A stretch of 64,000 bases of DNA. It comes from Sphingobium sp. (lineage in GTDB: Bacteria > Pseudomonadota > Alphaproteobacteria > Sphingomonadales > Sphingomonadaceae). Within the stretch, counting starts at the first letter, position 1; every line of letters begins with the position of its first letter. The stretch lies in the NCBI GenBank assembly GCA_022652485.1, contig JALCRK010000003.1, positions 35,798-99,797 of the forward strand, written 5' to 3'. Position numbers and translations under genes: made by a program. A model generated the notes under the pieces. The model worked only from the letters and a program-made list of their open reading frames with translations. It was not told the DNA's origin and did not search any database. Positions 43,814 through 53,500 of this stretch are shown piece after piece.

Positions 43814-43858
43814 CCGGATGCGGCTTGCCTCCGCTGCCTTCGGCCCTAAATAGGGTTC

Positions 43859-44527
43859 ATGGCCCAGACTGCCCTTCCCCCCGATCCTACGCTGGATGAA
43901 GTCCGCTTGGCACTCGCCCCGCTCGTCGCGCGCAACGCCGCGTTCGATGGCTGGAGCAAGGCGGCGGTGGAGATGGCGGGGAGCCAGGCAGGCGTCGCGC
44001 CCGCAATCGCGGACCTCGCTTTCGAGGGCGGCGCGACATCCATGATCGAGGCCTGGTTTGCGTCCATAGACTCCGCGATGCTGACCGCCTGCCCGCCGGA
44101 AAGACTCGCCGCCATGAAGGTGCGTGAGAAGATCGCGATGCTGATCGAAGCCCGGCTCGATGCGCTCGCACCGGCGAAGGAATCCCTCCACCGTGCGCTC
44201 TCCATTCTCGCCATGCCGCAGAATGTGGCGCGGGCCGCGAAGCTCGGCTGGCACGCGGCGGACATCATGTGGCGCGCGGCGGGCGATACCGCCGTCGACT
44301 ATAACCATTACACCAAGCGCACCCTGCTGGCGGGCATATACACCGCGACGCTGCTCGCCTTCGTCAACGACGAGAGCGAGGACCACGCCGACACCCGCGC
44401 CTTCCTCGCCCGGCGCATCGACGGGGTGATGCGTTTCGAGAAGGCCAAGGCCGGCTTCACCCGGCGCGCGGAACAGCGCCCGAGCCTCGCGCGTTTCGTG
44501 GGCCGTCTGCGCTACAGGATGCGCTGA
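43859..44527 (+). CDS. COQ9-family protein
   Basis: An alpha-helical, 222-aa protein. FDGWS.., DYNHYTKRTLLAGIYTATLLAF resembles the bacterial COQ9/RpsU-divergent family (from memory). Confidence 0.7.
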   Translation: MAQTALPPDPTLDEVRLALAPLVARNAAFDGWSKAAVEMAGSQAGVAPAIADLAFEGGATSMIEAWFASIDSAMLTACPPERLAAMKVREKIAMLIEARLDALAPAKESLHRALSILAMPQNVARAAKLGWHAADIMWRAAGDTAVDYNHYTKRTLLAGIYTATLLAFVNDESEDHADTRAFLARRIDGVMRFEKAKAGFTRRAEQRPSLARFVGRLRYRMR

Positions 44528-44592
44528 GGCTGAGGTTCAGCCGCAGTTCAAGGCGCGTGGGCTAGCCCAGCAGACGACAAGGAGACACGACA

Positions 44593-45246
44593 ATGAAACC
44601 CTTCGCCCGTCTTGCCGCGATGCTCCTCGGCTGTGCCGCGCTTGCCCTCCCTGCCACCAGCGGCAGCGCCGCGCCGGTCCAAAGCACTGCCGATAGTCAG
44701 GATCTCGCCAGGGTTGCGGACTATATCCGCCAGACGAAGAGCCTCGTCGCGGACTTTTCCCAGACCGACCGCAAGGGGCAGACCTTAACCGGCAAGCTCA
44801 CCCTCAAGCAGCCCGGCAAGATCCGTTTCCAGTATCAGGAGGGTGTGCCGCTGCTGATCGTGGGAGACGGCCACGCGCTTACCATGATCGACTATGAGGT
44901 GCGACAGGTGCAACGCTGGCCGATCGGCAGCTCGCCTCTGGGCGCGCTGATCGATCCGTCACGCGATTTCACCAGGTTCAGCAAGATCATCCAGACCGGC
45001 GACCCCAACATCCTCTCGGTCGAGGCGCGCGACCCCAAGCGCCCGGAGTTCGGCACCATCATGCTGGTGTTTCAGCGCCAATCCTCCGCGCCCGCAGGCC
45101 TCAACCTCTATGGCTGGGTCGCGCGCGACGCGCAGGGCAACCGCACCGCCGTGCGCCTCACCGGCCAGCGCTATAACGGGGCGGTAGCGGATTCGGCATT
45201 CCGCTGGCGCGATCCCCGCCCGCAAGGTCCGCGCGGGGGCGGCTGA
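44593..45246 (+). CDS. lolA: LolA-family outer-membrane lipoprotein carrier protein
   Basis: Signal peptide, then ADFSQTDRKGQTLTGKLTLKQPGKIRFQY. Confidence 0.8.
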   Translation: MKPFARLAAMLLGCAALALPATSGSAAPVQSTADSQDLARVADYIRQTKSLVADFSQTDRKGQTLTGKLTLKQPGKIRFQYQEGVPLLIVGDGHALTMIDYEVRQVQRWPIGSSPLGALIDPSRDFTRFSKIIQTGDPNILSVEARDPKRPEFGTIMLVFQRQSSAPAGLNLYGWVARDAQGNRTAVRLTGQRYNGAVADSAFRWRDPRPQGPRGGG

Positions 45247-45404
45247 ACGGTGCGGGCAAGCGACGAACCGTTTCGTTCATAATTCTGTTCATGTTGGCGA
45301 CAGCCAGAATCGGCTAGAAGGACTTAACCGCAGAGGAAGCGGCCGGACTTCCCCCTGTTATCCGGCCCGCCCACTTTGTGATTGCGCCCAATAGCGCAGA
45401 CTGG

Positions 45405-45443
45405 ACCCTCGCTCCACGCCCCCGGAGCGGGGGTCTTTCATTT
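45405..45443 (+). terminator. terminator-like hairpin ACCCTCGCTCC-N8-GGAGCGGGGGT followed by CTTTCATTT
   Basis: Read directly. It lies ~160 nt after the lolA stop. Confidence 0.5.
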
Positions 45444-45495
45444 ACAATGAACATGGCTTGCGCAGGCTTGCCAAGCCCCCTAGGGGGAATGGGAT

Positions 45496-46290
45496 ATGCC
45501 TCAAATTCTTAAAATCGCCTCGTGGAATATCAACAGCGTCCGCGCCCGTATCGATCTCGTCACCCGCTTTTTGCAGGAGGAAGCTCCTGACATTCTGTGC
45601 CTGCAGGAAACCAAGGTGACGGACGACATCTTCCCCGGCGGCGTTTTTCGCCAGATGGGTTATAATCACCATATCCTCCACGGCCAGCCAATGCATCACG
45701 GCGTCGCGATCATCAGCAAGGTGCCGATGCGTGAGGACGACCGGCTCGACTGGCAGGCGAACAAGGAGGCGCGCCATGTCGGCGTGCGGCTCGACAATGG
45801 CGTGCGGCTGGAAAACGTCTATGTGCCCGCTGGCGGAGAAGTGCCGGACCGGGAGCAGAACCCCAAATTCGGGCAGAAGCTCGATTTCCTCGAGCGCATG
45901 ATCGCCTGGGCGGAAAAGCTGGAGACACCGACGATCCTCACCGGCGATTTCAACATCGCGCCGATGGAGTGCGACGTGTGGAGCCACAAGCAGCTCGTTG
46001 ACGTCGTCAGCCATACCCCGGTGGAGTGCGAACTGCTGGGCCGGTTGCAGGCGGCGCATAACTGGGTCGATCTCGGCCGCAAATTCTATCCCGCGCCGGA
46101 GCGGCTCTACACATGGTGGAGCTATCGCGCCAAGGACTGGGCGGCTTCGGATCGCGGGCGCAGGCTCGATCATATGTGGGTCAGCCCGGAGCTGGCGGAC
46201 AAGGCGAGGAACCATCGCGTCGCGGAGAATTGCCGCAGCTGGATGCGCCCCTCTGACCACGCACCACTCATTACCGAGTTCGCCTTCTGA
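45496..46290 (+). CDS. xthA: exodeoxyribonuclease III
   Basis: IASWNINSVRAR, DILCLQETK, WSYR, SDHAPL. Confidence 0.93.
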   Translation: MPQILKIASWNINSVRARIDLVTRFLQEEAPDILCLQETKVTDDIFPGGVFRQMGYNHHILHGQPMHHGVAIISKVPMREDDRLDWQANKEARHVGVRLDNGVRLENVYVPAGGEVPDREQNPKFGQKLDFLERMIAWAEKLETPTILTGDFNIAPMECDVWSHKQLVDVVSHTPVECELLGRLQAAHNWVDLGRKFYPAPERLYTWWSYRAKDWAASDRGRRLDHMWVSPELADKARNHRVAENCRSWMRPSDHAPLITEFAF

Positions 46291-47363
46291 TGAGCGAGCC
46301 GGCGGCCGCACGCGCAGTCGCCAAGGCGATCGACGCGCTGAGGCGTGGCTGGCCGGTCGAGGTCATGGCGGGTACTGAACGCCTCCATCTGCTCGCAGTG
46401 GAAAGCGCGGATGAGGCCAGCCTGCCCGCCTTCGATCCCGGAAGTGAAGCGCCCATCCTGATCTCCGCCGCGCGGGCACTAACGCTCCGGCTCGCCAACC
46501 AGCGCGAGGCGGCCGTTCCGGAAGCCCCGGTACTGGTGCAGCGCGAGAGTTGGATCGATCTTGCGGGCGCGATGGCGCTTGCCGATCCGGTGCGCGATCT
46601 CGCGACGCCCCTGAAAGGCCCCTATCGCGCGCTGCATATCGACGCGCCGCAAGCCGCAGCAGCCACACTCCGCCTTGCGCGATTGGCGGGAATCCTGCCC
46701 GCCTTCTTCGTCTCCACCCAGCCGGTTTCGGTGGAGGCCAGCGCCGAAGCCTTGGATATCGCTCGCTTCGATGGAGCGCCGCATCTCTATATCGCCACAC
46801 GCGCGCGCCTGCCGGTCGCCGCTGCGGAGTCCGCCGAGATCGTGGCCTTCCGCACACCGGGAGACCCGCGCGAACATGTCGCGCTGGTGGTGGGCAAGCG
46901 CGATGGATCGCTACCGGTTGTCCGCCTTCACAGCGAGTGCCTGACCGGCGACGTGCTGGGCAGCCTGAAATGCGACTGCGGACCCCAGCTGCATTCCGCC
47001 TTGCACCAGATCGCCGACGCGCAATGGGGGGTATTGCTCTATCTCCGTCAGGAGGGGCGCGGCATCGGCCTCATTAACAAGCTGCGCGCCTATGCGTTGC
47101 AGGATCAGGGCTTCGATACGGTCGACGCCAACACGCGGCTCGGCTTTTCGATCGACGCACGGGATTTCTCTGTCGCGGCGCAGATGCTGCGCCTGCTGAG
47201 CGTGGAAGAGCTGCGGCTGCTCACCAACAATCCCGCCAAGGTCATCGGGCTGGAGGCGGAAGGCATTCGCGTGGCGGAGCGGCTGCCGCTGGCCCTGCCG
47301 CCAAACCCGCACAACGCGCGTTATCTCGACACCAAGCGGGACAGAACCGGACACCAGCTGTGA
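46290..47363 (+). CDS. ribA: GTP cyclohydrolase II with a degenerate N-terminal extension
   Basis: VRLHSECLTGDVLGSLKCDCGPQL (zinc site), LYLRQEGRGIGLINKLRAY, DTVDAN, RLLTNNP. Confidence 0.9.
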   Translation: MSEPAAARAVAKAIDALRRGWPVEVMAGTERLHLLAVESADEASLPAFDPGSEAPILISAARALTLRLANQREAAVPEAPVLVQRESWIDLAGAMALADPVRDLATPLKGPYRALHIDAPQAAAATLRLARLAGILPAFFVSTQPVSVEASAEALDIARFDGAPHLYIATRARLPVAAAESAEIVAFRTPGDPREHVALVVGKRDGSLPVVRLHSECLTGDVLGSLKCDCGPQLHSALHQIADAQWGVLLYLRQEGRGIGLINKLRAYALQDQGFDTVDANTRLGFSIDARDFSVAAQMLRLLSVEELRLLTNNPAKVIGLEAEGIRVAERLPLALPPNPHNARYLDTKRDRTGHQL

Positions 47364-47947
47364 GCATCACGCGGAAAAGTGAGGACCCGTTTTCCGCGAC
47401 AGGCGATGCGACCACAATAAATATGAGCGCCGCCATCAGGGTCGATGTGGCAAGCCGCAGTCTCAGCTTCGATGGAATGCGCATTCCCTGCTCTATCGGC
47501 AAGGGCGGCCCCTGCGACGCTCACGCCAAGCGCGAAGGCGATGGCTGCACGCCGCTCGGCATCTGGCTTGTCCGCGGCGCCCTGCTGCGCCCCAAGCGGG
47601 TAAGGCTGGAGGCAGCGCTGCTCATCCCGTGGCGATGGACGCGGGAAAATGACGGCTGGTCAGACGGAATGGACGATCCGGTCTACAACCGACCCGTGCT
47701 CCTCCCCCATGCCTATTCCCATGAGCGCCTGCAGCGGGACGACGCCGCCTACGACATCATTATCGTGCTCGGCCATAACGACGCGCCGCCCGTTCCCGGC
47801 ATGGGCAGCGCGATCTTCTGGCACATCTGGGTGCCGGGAGAAGATGGATCACCGAAACCCACGGAAGGCTGTGTCGCCATATCGCGGGCGGATATGGACT
47901 CCATTCTGCCGAGGCTTGCGCCCGGCATGGCGATGGAAATCATTTAG
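47360..47947 (+). CDS. L,D-transpeptidase (YkuD)-family protein
   Basis: GSAIFWHIW..KPTEGCVA is the YkuD His/Cys catalytic motif. Confidence 0.7.
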   Translation: MSITRKSEDPFSATGDATTINMSAAIRVDVASRSLSFDGMRIPCSIGKGGPCDAHAKREGDGCTPLGIWLVRGALLRPKRVRLEAALLIPWRWTRENDGWSDGMDDPVYNRPVLLPHAYSHERLQRDDAAYDIIIVLGHNDAPPVPGMGSAIFWHIWVPGEDGSPKPTEGCVAISRADMDSILPRLAPGMAMEII

Positions 47948-50706
47948 GCCGCCATCTGCTCCATCACGGTGGCCTCGGAAGCCTCCAGAAGCCGCCGTTC
48001 CAGCGTTTGCAGACGCGATTTGCTCTCGATTTTCCCTCCGAGGAGATCGGTGATGTAGAAGGTATCCACCGCGCGTTCGCCATAGGTCGAGATGTGCGCG
48101 CTGTGTACCGTTACCTTGGACTGGAACAGCGCATAGGCGAGGTTGAAGAGCAGCGCCGGCTTGTCCCGCGCGTGAATCTCAATCACCGTGAAGCGGTTGG
48201 AGGCCTTGTTGTCGATCAGCACATTGGGTGCGATCGCGAACGCCTCCGCCCGCGCCCTGGGGAGCGGCCGCGCCTCCAGCTTGGGCTGGAGTTTCTGCTT
48301 GTTGGCGAGCGCGTCCTCGATAGCGCGCTCGATGCGGCTGAGCTGGCTGGGCTCGTCGAACGGCCGCCCGAGGGGATCCTGCACCAGGAAATTGTCGATC
48401 GCCATGCCGTCCCGCGTGGTATGGATGCGCGCGTCGATAATGCTTCCGCCCGCGAGATGTATTGCCCCGGCAATGCGATAGAAAATACCCGGATGGTCCG
48501 CCGCATAGATGGTAACGAGGGTGGCACCCCGCTCCGGATAGACCTGCGCAGCAATCGAAAGGGGCGCCTTGCCCGCCGCCAGAATGTGGCGCGCATTGTG
48601 CGCCAGGATGTCATCGGCCTCCGCGATCCAGTAGCTTTCCGGCAGGCGCCTGGCGAGACTGCCGAATTCGGCGTCAGTGATGTCCAGTTGTTGCCGCAAC
48701 GCCCTTTGCTTGGCCTCGACCTTCTCCTTGCGCCCCGTGGACTTGTGGCCAAGGCGCAGAACTTCCTCCGCAGCGTGGTATAGCTCAGACAGGAGCTGCC
48801 GTTTCCAGCTGTTCCACACCCCCGGCCCCACCGCCCGGATATCGACCGTCGTCAGCATCAGCAGCAGCTTCAGGCGCTCCGCACTCTGGACCACTTCGGC
48901 AAAATCCATGATGGTCTTGTAATCGGAGAGGTCGCGCTTGAAAGCGGTGGCGCTCATCAGGAGGTGGTGCCGGACCAGCCAGGATACAGTCTCGGTCTCT
49001 GCGGCACTCAGGCCGAGGCGGGGGCCAAGCCGCTCCGCCACCTCCGCACCCAGAAGGCTGTGGTCGCCGCCGCGTCCCTTGGCGATGTCGTGCATCAGTA
49101 CCGCGACATGCAGCACGCGACGCGAGACAACCTTGCCCATCAAATCGCTCGATAGCGGATGATCCTCCGTCAGCTCGCCCCGCTCGATCTGCGCCAGCAA
49201 TCCTACAGCGCGGATCGTATGCTCATCGACGGTATAGTGATGGTACATATCGAACTGCATCTGCGCCACGACCCGGCCGAAATCCGGAATGAACCGCCCG
49301 AAAACCGTAGCCTCGTTGATCCAGCGCAACACTTTCTCGGGATCGCGCGGCGATGTGAGCACATCCATGAAGAATGCATTGGCGCGCGGATTCTTGCGCA
49401 CACTGTTATCGATGAGCGGCGCATCGCGCCGCGCCGCAATCATCGCGCTGGGATGAATTTCCAGCTCATGCTTATCCGCCAGCGCGAAAATCTCAAGCAG
49501 GCGCACCGGATCGCTCTGAAAGAAATCGTCGCTGGGAAGCGCGATACGCCCGCGTTCCAACACAAAGCCATCGAGCTTGCGCGGGCGACGGAACAGCGTC
49601 GGCATGAAGCGCCGTCCGCGCACTGCCCATTGGTCATCGAGATGCGCGAGGAACACGCCGGTCAAATCCCCGACGACCTTCGCCATGAGGAAATAATAGC
49701 GCATGAAGCGCTCGACTCCCGAACGGCCCGAACGAGCCGTGAAGTTCATGCGTTCCGCCACCTCGAGCTGAAGATCGAAGGTGAGCCGGTCCTCCTCGCG
49801 CTTTGTAATGTCGTGCAGATGGCTGCGTACCGCCCAGAGAAAGCTCTCCGCCTTCTGGAACTGTTTCAGCTCCTGCGCGGTCAGCAACCCGGCATCGACC
49901 AGACCCGCGACATTATCGATACGGTTCACATATTTGCCGATCCAGAACAGGGTCTGCAAATCCCGCAGGCCGCCCTTGCCTTCCTTGACATTGGGTTCGA
50001 CAACATAGCGGCTGTCGCCCATCCGTTTATGGCGCTCCTCGCGCTCGGCCAGCTTTTCCGCGACAAACGCCCGCGCGCCTTCCTTCACCACTTCCGCGCC
50101 GAAGCGCGTCCGCGCCTCGTCATAGACTTCGCGATCGCCCCAGACATAGCGCGCCTCTAGCAGCGCGGTGCGCACGGTAAGATCGGCCTTCGCCATGCGG
50201 ATCATCTCGTCCACCGAGCGGCTGCTATGTCCAACCTTCAGGCCCAGATCCCACAGCGAATACAGCATGGACTCGATCACCTGCTCGGTCCAGCCGGTCG
50301 GCTTGTAGGGGGTTACGAACGCGATATCGACATCCGAGCCAGGCGCCATTTCGCCGCGGCCATAGCCACCCACCGCCAGCAGCACCATCTGCTCACTCGT
50401 GCTGCGGTTGCCGGGGTTATAGAGATGGCGGATGGTCGCGTCATAGAGGATACGCAGGATCTGATCGGTCAGAAATGCCAGCGCCTGCACGGTTTCGCGC
50501 CCGTTGGTGGGATGATCGTGCAGGCGGCGCATCGCTTCCGCCCGGCCCGAAGCCAGTGCCCCGGCCAATATTCCGACGATCTTGCCCCGGAGAACCGCGC
50601 TATTGTGGGTATCGGCGTCCTTGACCACCTGCTCCAGATGGTCGGCCAGCGCACGCCGGTCTATGATAGCGCGGCGATTGGGCAATGCGGAAAAGAAATC
50701 GGTCAT
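47944..50706 (-). CDS. glnD: [protein-PII] uridylyltransferase/uridylyl-removing enzyme
   Basis: NTase block (LLAVGGYGRGEMAPGSDVDI), HD domain (HDIAKGRGGDHS), two C-terminal ACT domains. ATG at 50706 within the track ORF. Confidence 0.93.
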   Translation of the reverse strand: MTDFFSALPNRRAIIDRRALADHLEQVVKDADTHNSAVLRGKIVGILAGALASGRAEAMRRLHDHPTNGRETVQALAFLTDQILRILYDATIRHLYNPGNRSTSEQMVLLAVGGYGRGEMAPGSDVDIAFVTPYKPTGWTEQVIESMLYSLWDLGLKVGHSSRSVDEMIRMAKADLTVRTALLEARYVWGDREVYDEARTRFGAEVVKEGARAFVAEKLAEREERHKRMGDSRYVVEPNVKEGKGGLRDLQTLFWIGKYVNRIDNVAGLVDAGLLTAQELKQFQKAESFLWAVRSHLHDITKREEDRLTFDLQLEVAERMNFTARSGRSGVERFMRYYFLMAKVVGDLTGVFLAHLDDQWAVRGRRFMPTLFRRPRKLDGFVLERGRIALPSDDFFQSDPVRLLEIFALADKHELEIHPSAMIAARRDAPLIDNSVRKNPRANAFFMDVLTSPRDPEKVLRWINEATVFGRFIPDFGRVVAQMQFDMYHHYTVDEHTIRAVGLLAQIERGELTEDHPLSSDLMGKVVSRRVLHVAVLMHDIAKGRGGDHSLLGAEVAERLGPRLGLSAAETETVSWLVRHHLLMSATAFKRDLSDYKTIMDFAEVVQSAERLKLLLMLTTVDIRAVGPGVWNSWKRQLLSELYHAAEEVLRLGHKSTGRKEKVEAKQRALRQQLDITDAEFGSLARRLPESYWIAEADDILAHNARHILAAGKAPLSIAAQVYPERGATLVTIYAADHPGIFYRIAGAIHLAGGSIIDARIHTTRDGMAIDNFLVQDPLGRPFDEPSQLSRIERAIEDALANKQKLQPKLEARPLPRARAEAFAIAPNVLIDNKASNRFTVIEIHARDKPALLFNLAYALFQSKVTVHSAHISTYGERAVDTFYITDLLGGKIESKSRLQTLERRLLEASEATVMEQMAA

Positions 50707-50711
50707 GATTG

Positions 50712-53351
50712 CTATGTAATGTCCCTCGCCTGTTCCGCCAGCGCCTTGAGCCTGTATATTACATCTAGCGCCTCGCGCGGGGTGAGTGTGTCCGCATCGA
50801 TACCGTTCAAGGCTTCCCATAAAGGATCGGGGTTAAGGTCTTCCTTAGCCTCGATCGACGCGGCAAACAGCGGCAGGTCATCCAGCCCGGCAGCGATGCC
50901 GCCCGTTTTGGCCCGGCCCGCCTCCAGCTTCGCCAAAACCGCCTTTGCGCGCGCCAGCACCGCAGGCGGCAAGCCCGCGAGACGCGCCACCGCGATGCCA
51001 TAGCTGCGGTCCGCCGGCCCCTCCGCCACCTCGTGCATCAGCACCAGATCGCCCTTCCATTCCCGGGCGCGGACGTGATGCAGGGATAGCGCCGGGAGCG
51101 TCTCGGCCAGCCGCGTCAGCTCGTGATAATGCGTGGCAAAGAGGCAGCGGCATTTGTTCACCTCGTGGACCGCCTCGACCACCGCCCATGCCAGCGCCAG
51201 GCCATCATAGGTGGATGTACCGCGGCCGACCTCATCCAGGATAACAAAGCTGCGCTCCGTCGCCTGAGAGAGAATGGCCGCAGTCTCGACCATCTCGACC
51301 ATGAAGGTCGAGCGCCCGCGCGCCAGATTGTCCGAGGCGCCAACGCGGCTGAAGAGGCGGTCGACAAGGCTCAGCGTGGCCGACTGTGCGGGAACATAGC
51401 TTCCCGCCTGCGCCAGCAGGACGATCAGCGCGTTCTGCCGCAGGAACGTCGACTTGCCGCCCATGTTCGGGCCGGTCACGAGCCACAGCCGGTCCGTTTG
51501 GTGGAGCGCGCAATCGTTGGCGACAAAGGGTTGCCGATCGCGCCGCAATGCGTCCTCGACGACGGGGTGCCGTCCCCCGACGATATCCAGCCGTTGGTCA
51601 GCAACGAATGCGGGCCGCGCCCAGCCACCTTCCGCGGCGCGTTCGGCGAGCGCAGAGGCCACATCAAGCCGCGCCAATGCCTGCGCCGCACGCGTGATGG
51701 CGTCCTTGCGGGCGAGAGCCATCTCGATCAGGCTCTCAAGATGCGCGGCCTCGGCGGCCAGCGCATGAGCTCCCGCCTGAGACACGCGGCTGGCTTCCTC
51801 ATGCAGGGCCACCGAATTGAACCGCACCACCCCGGCCAGCGTCTGGCGGTGGGTGAACCCCGCCCCCTCCCGCATCAGCGCATCGCCATGCTTGGCCGGC
51901 ACCTCGACATGATAGCCGAGTACCGCATTGTGGCGGATTTTCAGTGCCGCGATGCCGGTTTCATCGCGGTAACGCGCCTCAAGCAGTGCGATGGCACGGC
52001 GGCCATCGCTGCCCAGACGGCGCAACTCGTCCAGCGCCGCGTCATAGCCCTCCGCAATATAACCGCCATTGGCCGCCTCTGTGGGAGGCGTCGGCACCAG
52101 CGCCTGCGCCAGTTCATCGACCAGCTCGCCATGCCCATCCAGCGCGGGCAGCAACCGATCCAGCAGAGCCGGGCGTTGCTCGGCCTTGGCAAGCCGCTCG
52201 CGCAGCATCCGCGCCTCGTTGAGGCCGTCGCGCAGCTGGCCGAGATCGCGCGGGGAACCACGGCCCATAGCGAGACGGCCCAGCGCACGGCCGACATCCG
52301 GCAGCGCGCGCAAGGCAGCACGCAGCGCCTCGCGCCGACCGCTGTGGTCATGCAGCCATTGCACGAGATCAAGCCGCTCCTCGATTTCATCGCGGCCCAG
52401 TTGAGGCGTTGCAAGATCGGCGGCGAGCAGGCGCGCACCCGCGCCAGTGACTGTGCGGTCGATGCTGTGCAGCAGGCTGCCTGCCCGGCTGCCGCTCATG
52501 GTTGCGGTGATCTCGAGGCTCTCGCGGGTCGCCGCGTCGATCGCCATATGGCTGCCCGGCGCAATGTGTACCGGCGGCGCGAGATGCGGCAACCTCCCCT
52601 GCCCGGCATGATCGAGATAGGCGAGAAGCCCGCCGATGGCTGAGAGTTCTGCACGGCTGAAACTGCCGAAGCCATCCAGCGTGGCAACGCCGAACAGGCC
52701 TTTGAGCCGCGCCTCCGCCCGCTGGGAGGAAAAGGCCGCCTTGTCGAAGCTGCGCGCCCCCGCGACATCGAGGCTCGACCCTTCGATTAGCACGATCTCG
52801 CTCGCGCCCAGCCGCGCCAGCTCCCCATCGAGAGCGCGCGCGTCCACACACATCGCCTCGAACCGCCCTGTGGAGATGTCCGCCGCCGCGATTCCGATCT
52901 CGCCCGCAGCCTCGCCGATGGCGACCAGAATGTTGTCGGCCCGCGCATCGAGCAACGTGTCTTCCGTCAGCGTGCCCGCGGTCACATAACGGACGATACC
53001 GCGCGCGACGAGCGCCTTGGATCCACCGCGCGCCTTCGCCTCCGCAGGGGTTTCCGTCTGCTCGGCAATCGCAACCCGGTGCCCGGCACGAATCAGGCGG
53101 GCGAGATAGCCTTCGGCGCTGTGCACCGGCACACCGCACATCGGGATGGGAGCGCCGTCATGCTCGCCACGGGACGTGAGCGCGATGTCGAGTGTCGCTG
53201 CTGCCGCCTTTGCGTCATCGAAGAAGAGCTCGAAAAAATCTCCCATGCGATAGAACAGGAGGCAATCGCCCGCCTTGGACTTGAGCTCGAAATATTGCGC
53301 CATCATGGGGGTCAGCGGCGCGGCAACAGAGGGAGCAGACTGGCTATCCAT
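50712..53351 (-). CDS. mutS: DNA mismatch repair protein MutS
   Basis: TPMMAQYFELK, FYRMGDFFELFFDDA, GPNMGGKSTFLRQ, DEVGRGTSTYDG. Confidence 0.97.
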   Translation of the reverse strand: MDSQSAPSVAAPLTPMMAQYFELKSKAGDCLLFYRMGDFFELFFDDAKAAAATLDIALTSRGEHDGAPIPMCGVPVHSAEGYLARLIRAGHRVAIAEQTETPAEAKARGGSKALVARGIVRYVTAGTLTEDTLLDARADNILVAIGEAAGEIGIAAADISTGRFEAMCVDARALDGELARLGASEIVLIEGSSLDVAGARSFDKAAFSSQRAEARLKGLFGVATLDGFGSFSRAELSAIGGLLAYLDHAGQGRLPHLAPPVHIAPGSHMAIDAATRESLEITATMSGSRAGSLLHSIDRTVTGAGARLLAADLATPQLGRDEIEERLDLVQWLHDHSGRREALRAALRALPDVGRALGRLAMGRGSPRDLGQLRDGLNEARMLRERLAKAEQRPALLDRLLPALDGHGELVDELAQALVPTPPTEAANGGYIAEGYDAALDELRRLGSDGRRAIALLEARYRDETGIAALKIRHNAVLGYHVEVPAKHGDALMREGAGFTHRQTLAGVVRFNSVALHEEASRVSQAGAHALAAEAAHLESLIEMALARKDAITRAAQALARLDVASALAERAAEGGWARPAFVADQRLDIVGGRHPVVEDALRRDRQPFVANDCALHQTDRLWLVTGPNMGGKSTFLRQNALIVLLAQAGSYVPAQSATLSLVDRLFSRVGASDNLARGRSTFMVEMVETAAILSQATERSFVILDEVGRGTSTYDGLALAWAVVEAVHEVNKCRCLFATHYHELTRLAETLPALSLHHVRAREWKGDLVLMHEVAEGPADRSYGIAVARLAGLPPAVLARAKAVLAKLEAGRAKTGGIAAGLDDLPLFAASIEAKEDLNPDPLWEALNGIDADTLTPREALDVIYRLKALAEQARDIT

Positions 53352-53500
53352 CGGACGCAGCGATAGCGTCTTGGAGGCACGGACGAAAGCACATCCCGTA
53401 CTGGTCCAACAAATTTGCGCTCCGCTCTTGTTACCTGCCTATAAATAACGCTAGGGGGCAAGCTCGCCTGCACGCATCGGTTCAATCATGAGGGACAAGT

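Noticed and set aside
45247-45495. SRP RNA, tmRNA or 6S RNA in the lolA-xthA spacer
   Set aside because: I could recognise no SRP domain IV motif (GGAA/AGCA symmetric loop context), no tag-peptide reading frame with a tRNA-like end, and no 6S-like long bulged helix. It is kept only as an unclassified structured region.
40339-52643. Antisense ORFs 40339-41343 -, 42084-43316 -, 43385-44386 -, 45442-46311 -, 48007-48783 +, 49159-50160 +, 51123-52643 +
   Set aside because: They lie opposite ribD, ribB, ribH/COQ9, xthA, glnD and mutS respectively. No conserved motifs; shadow frames.
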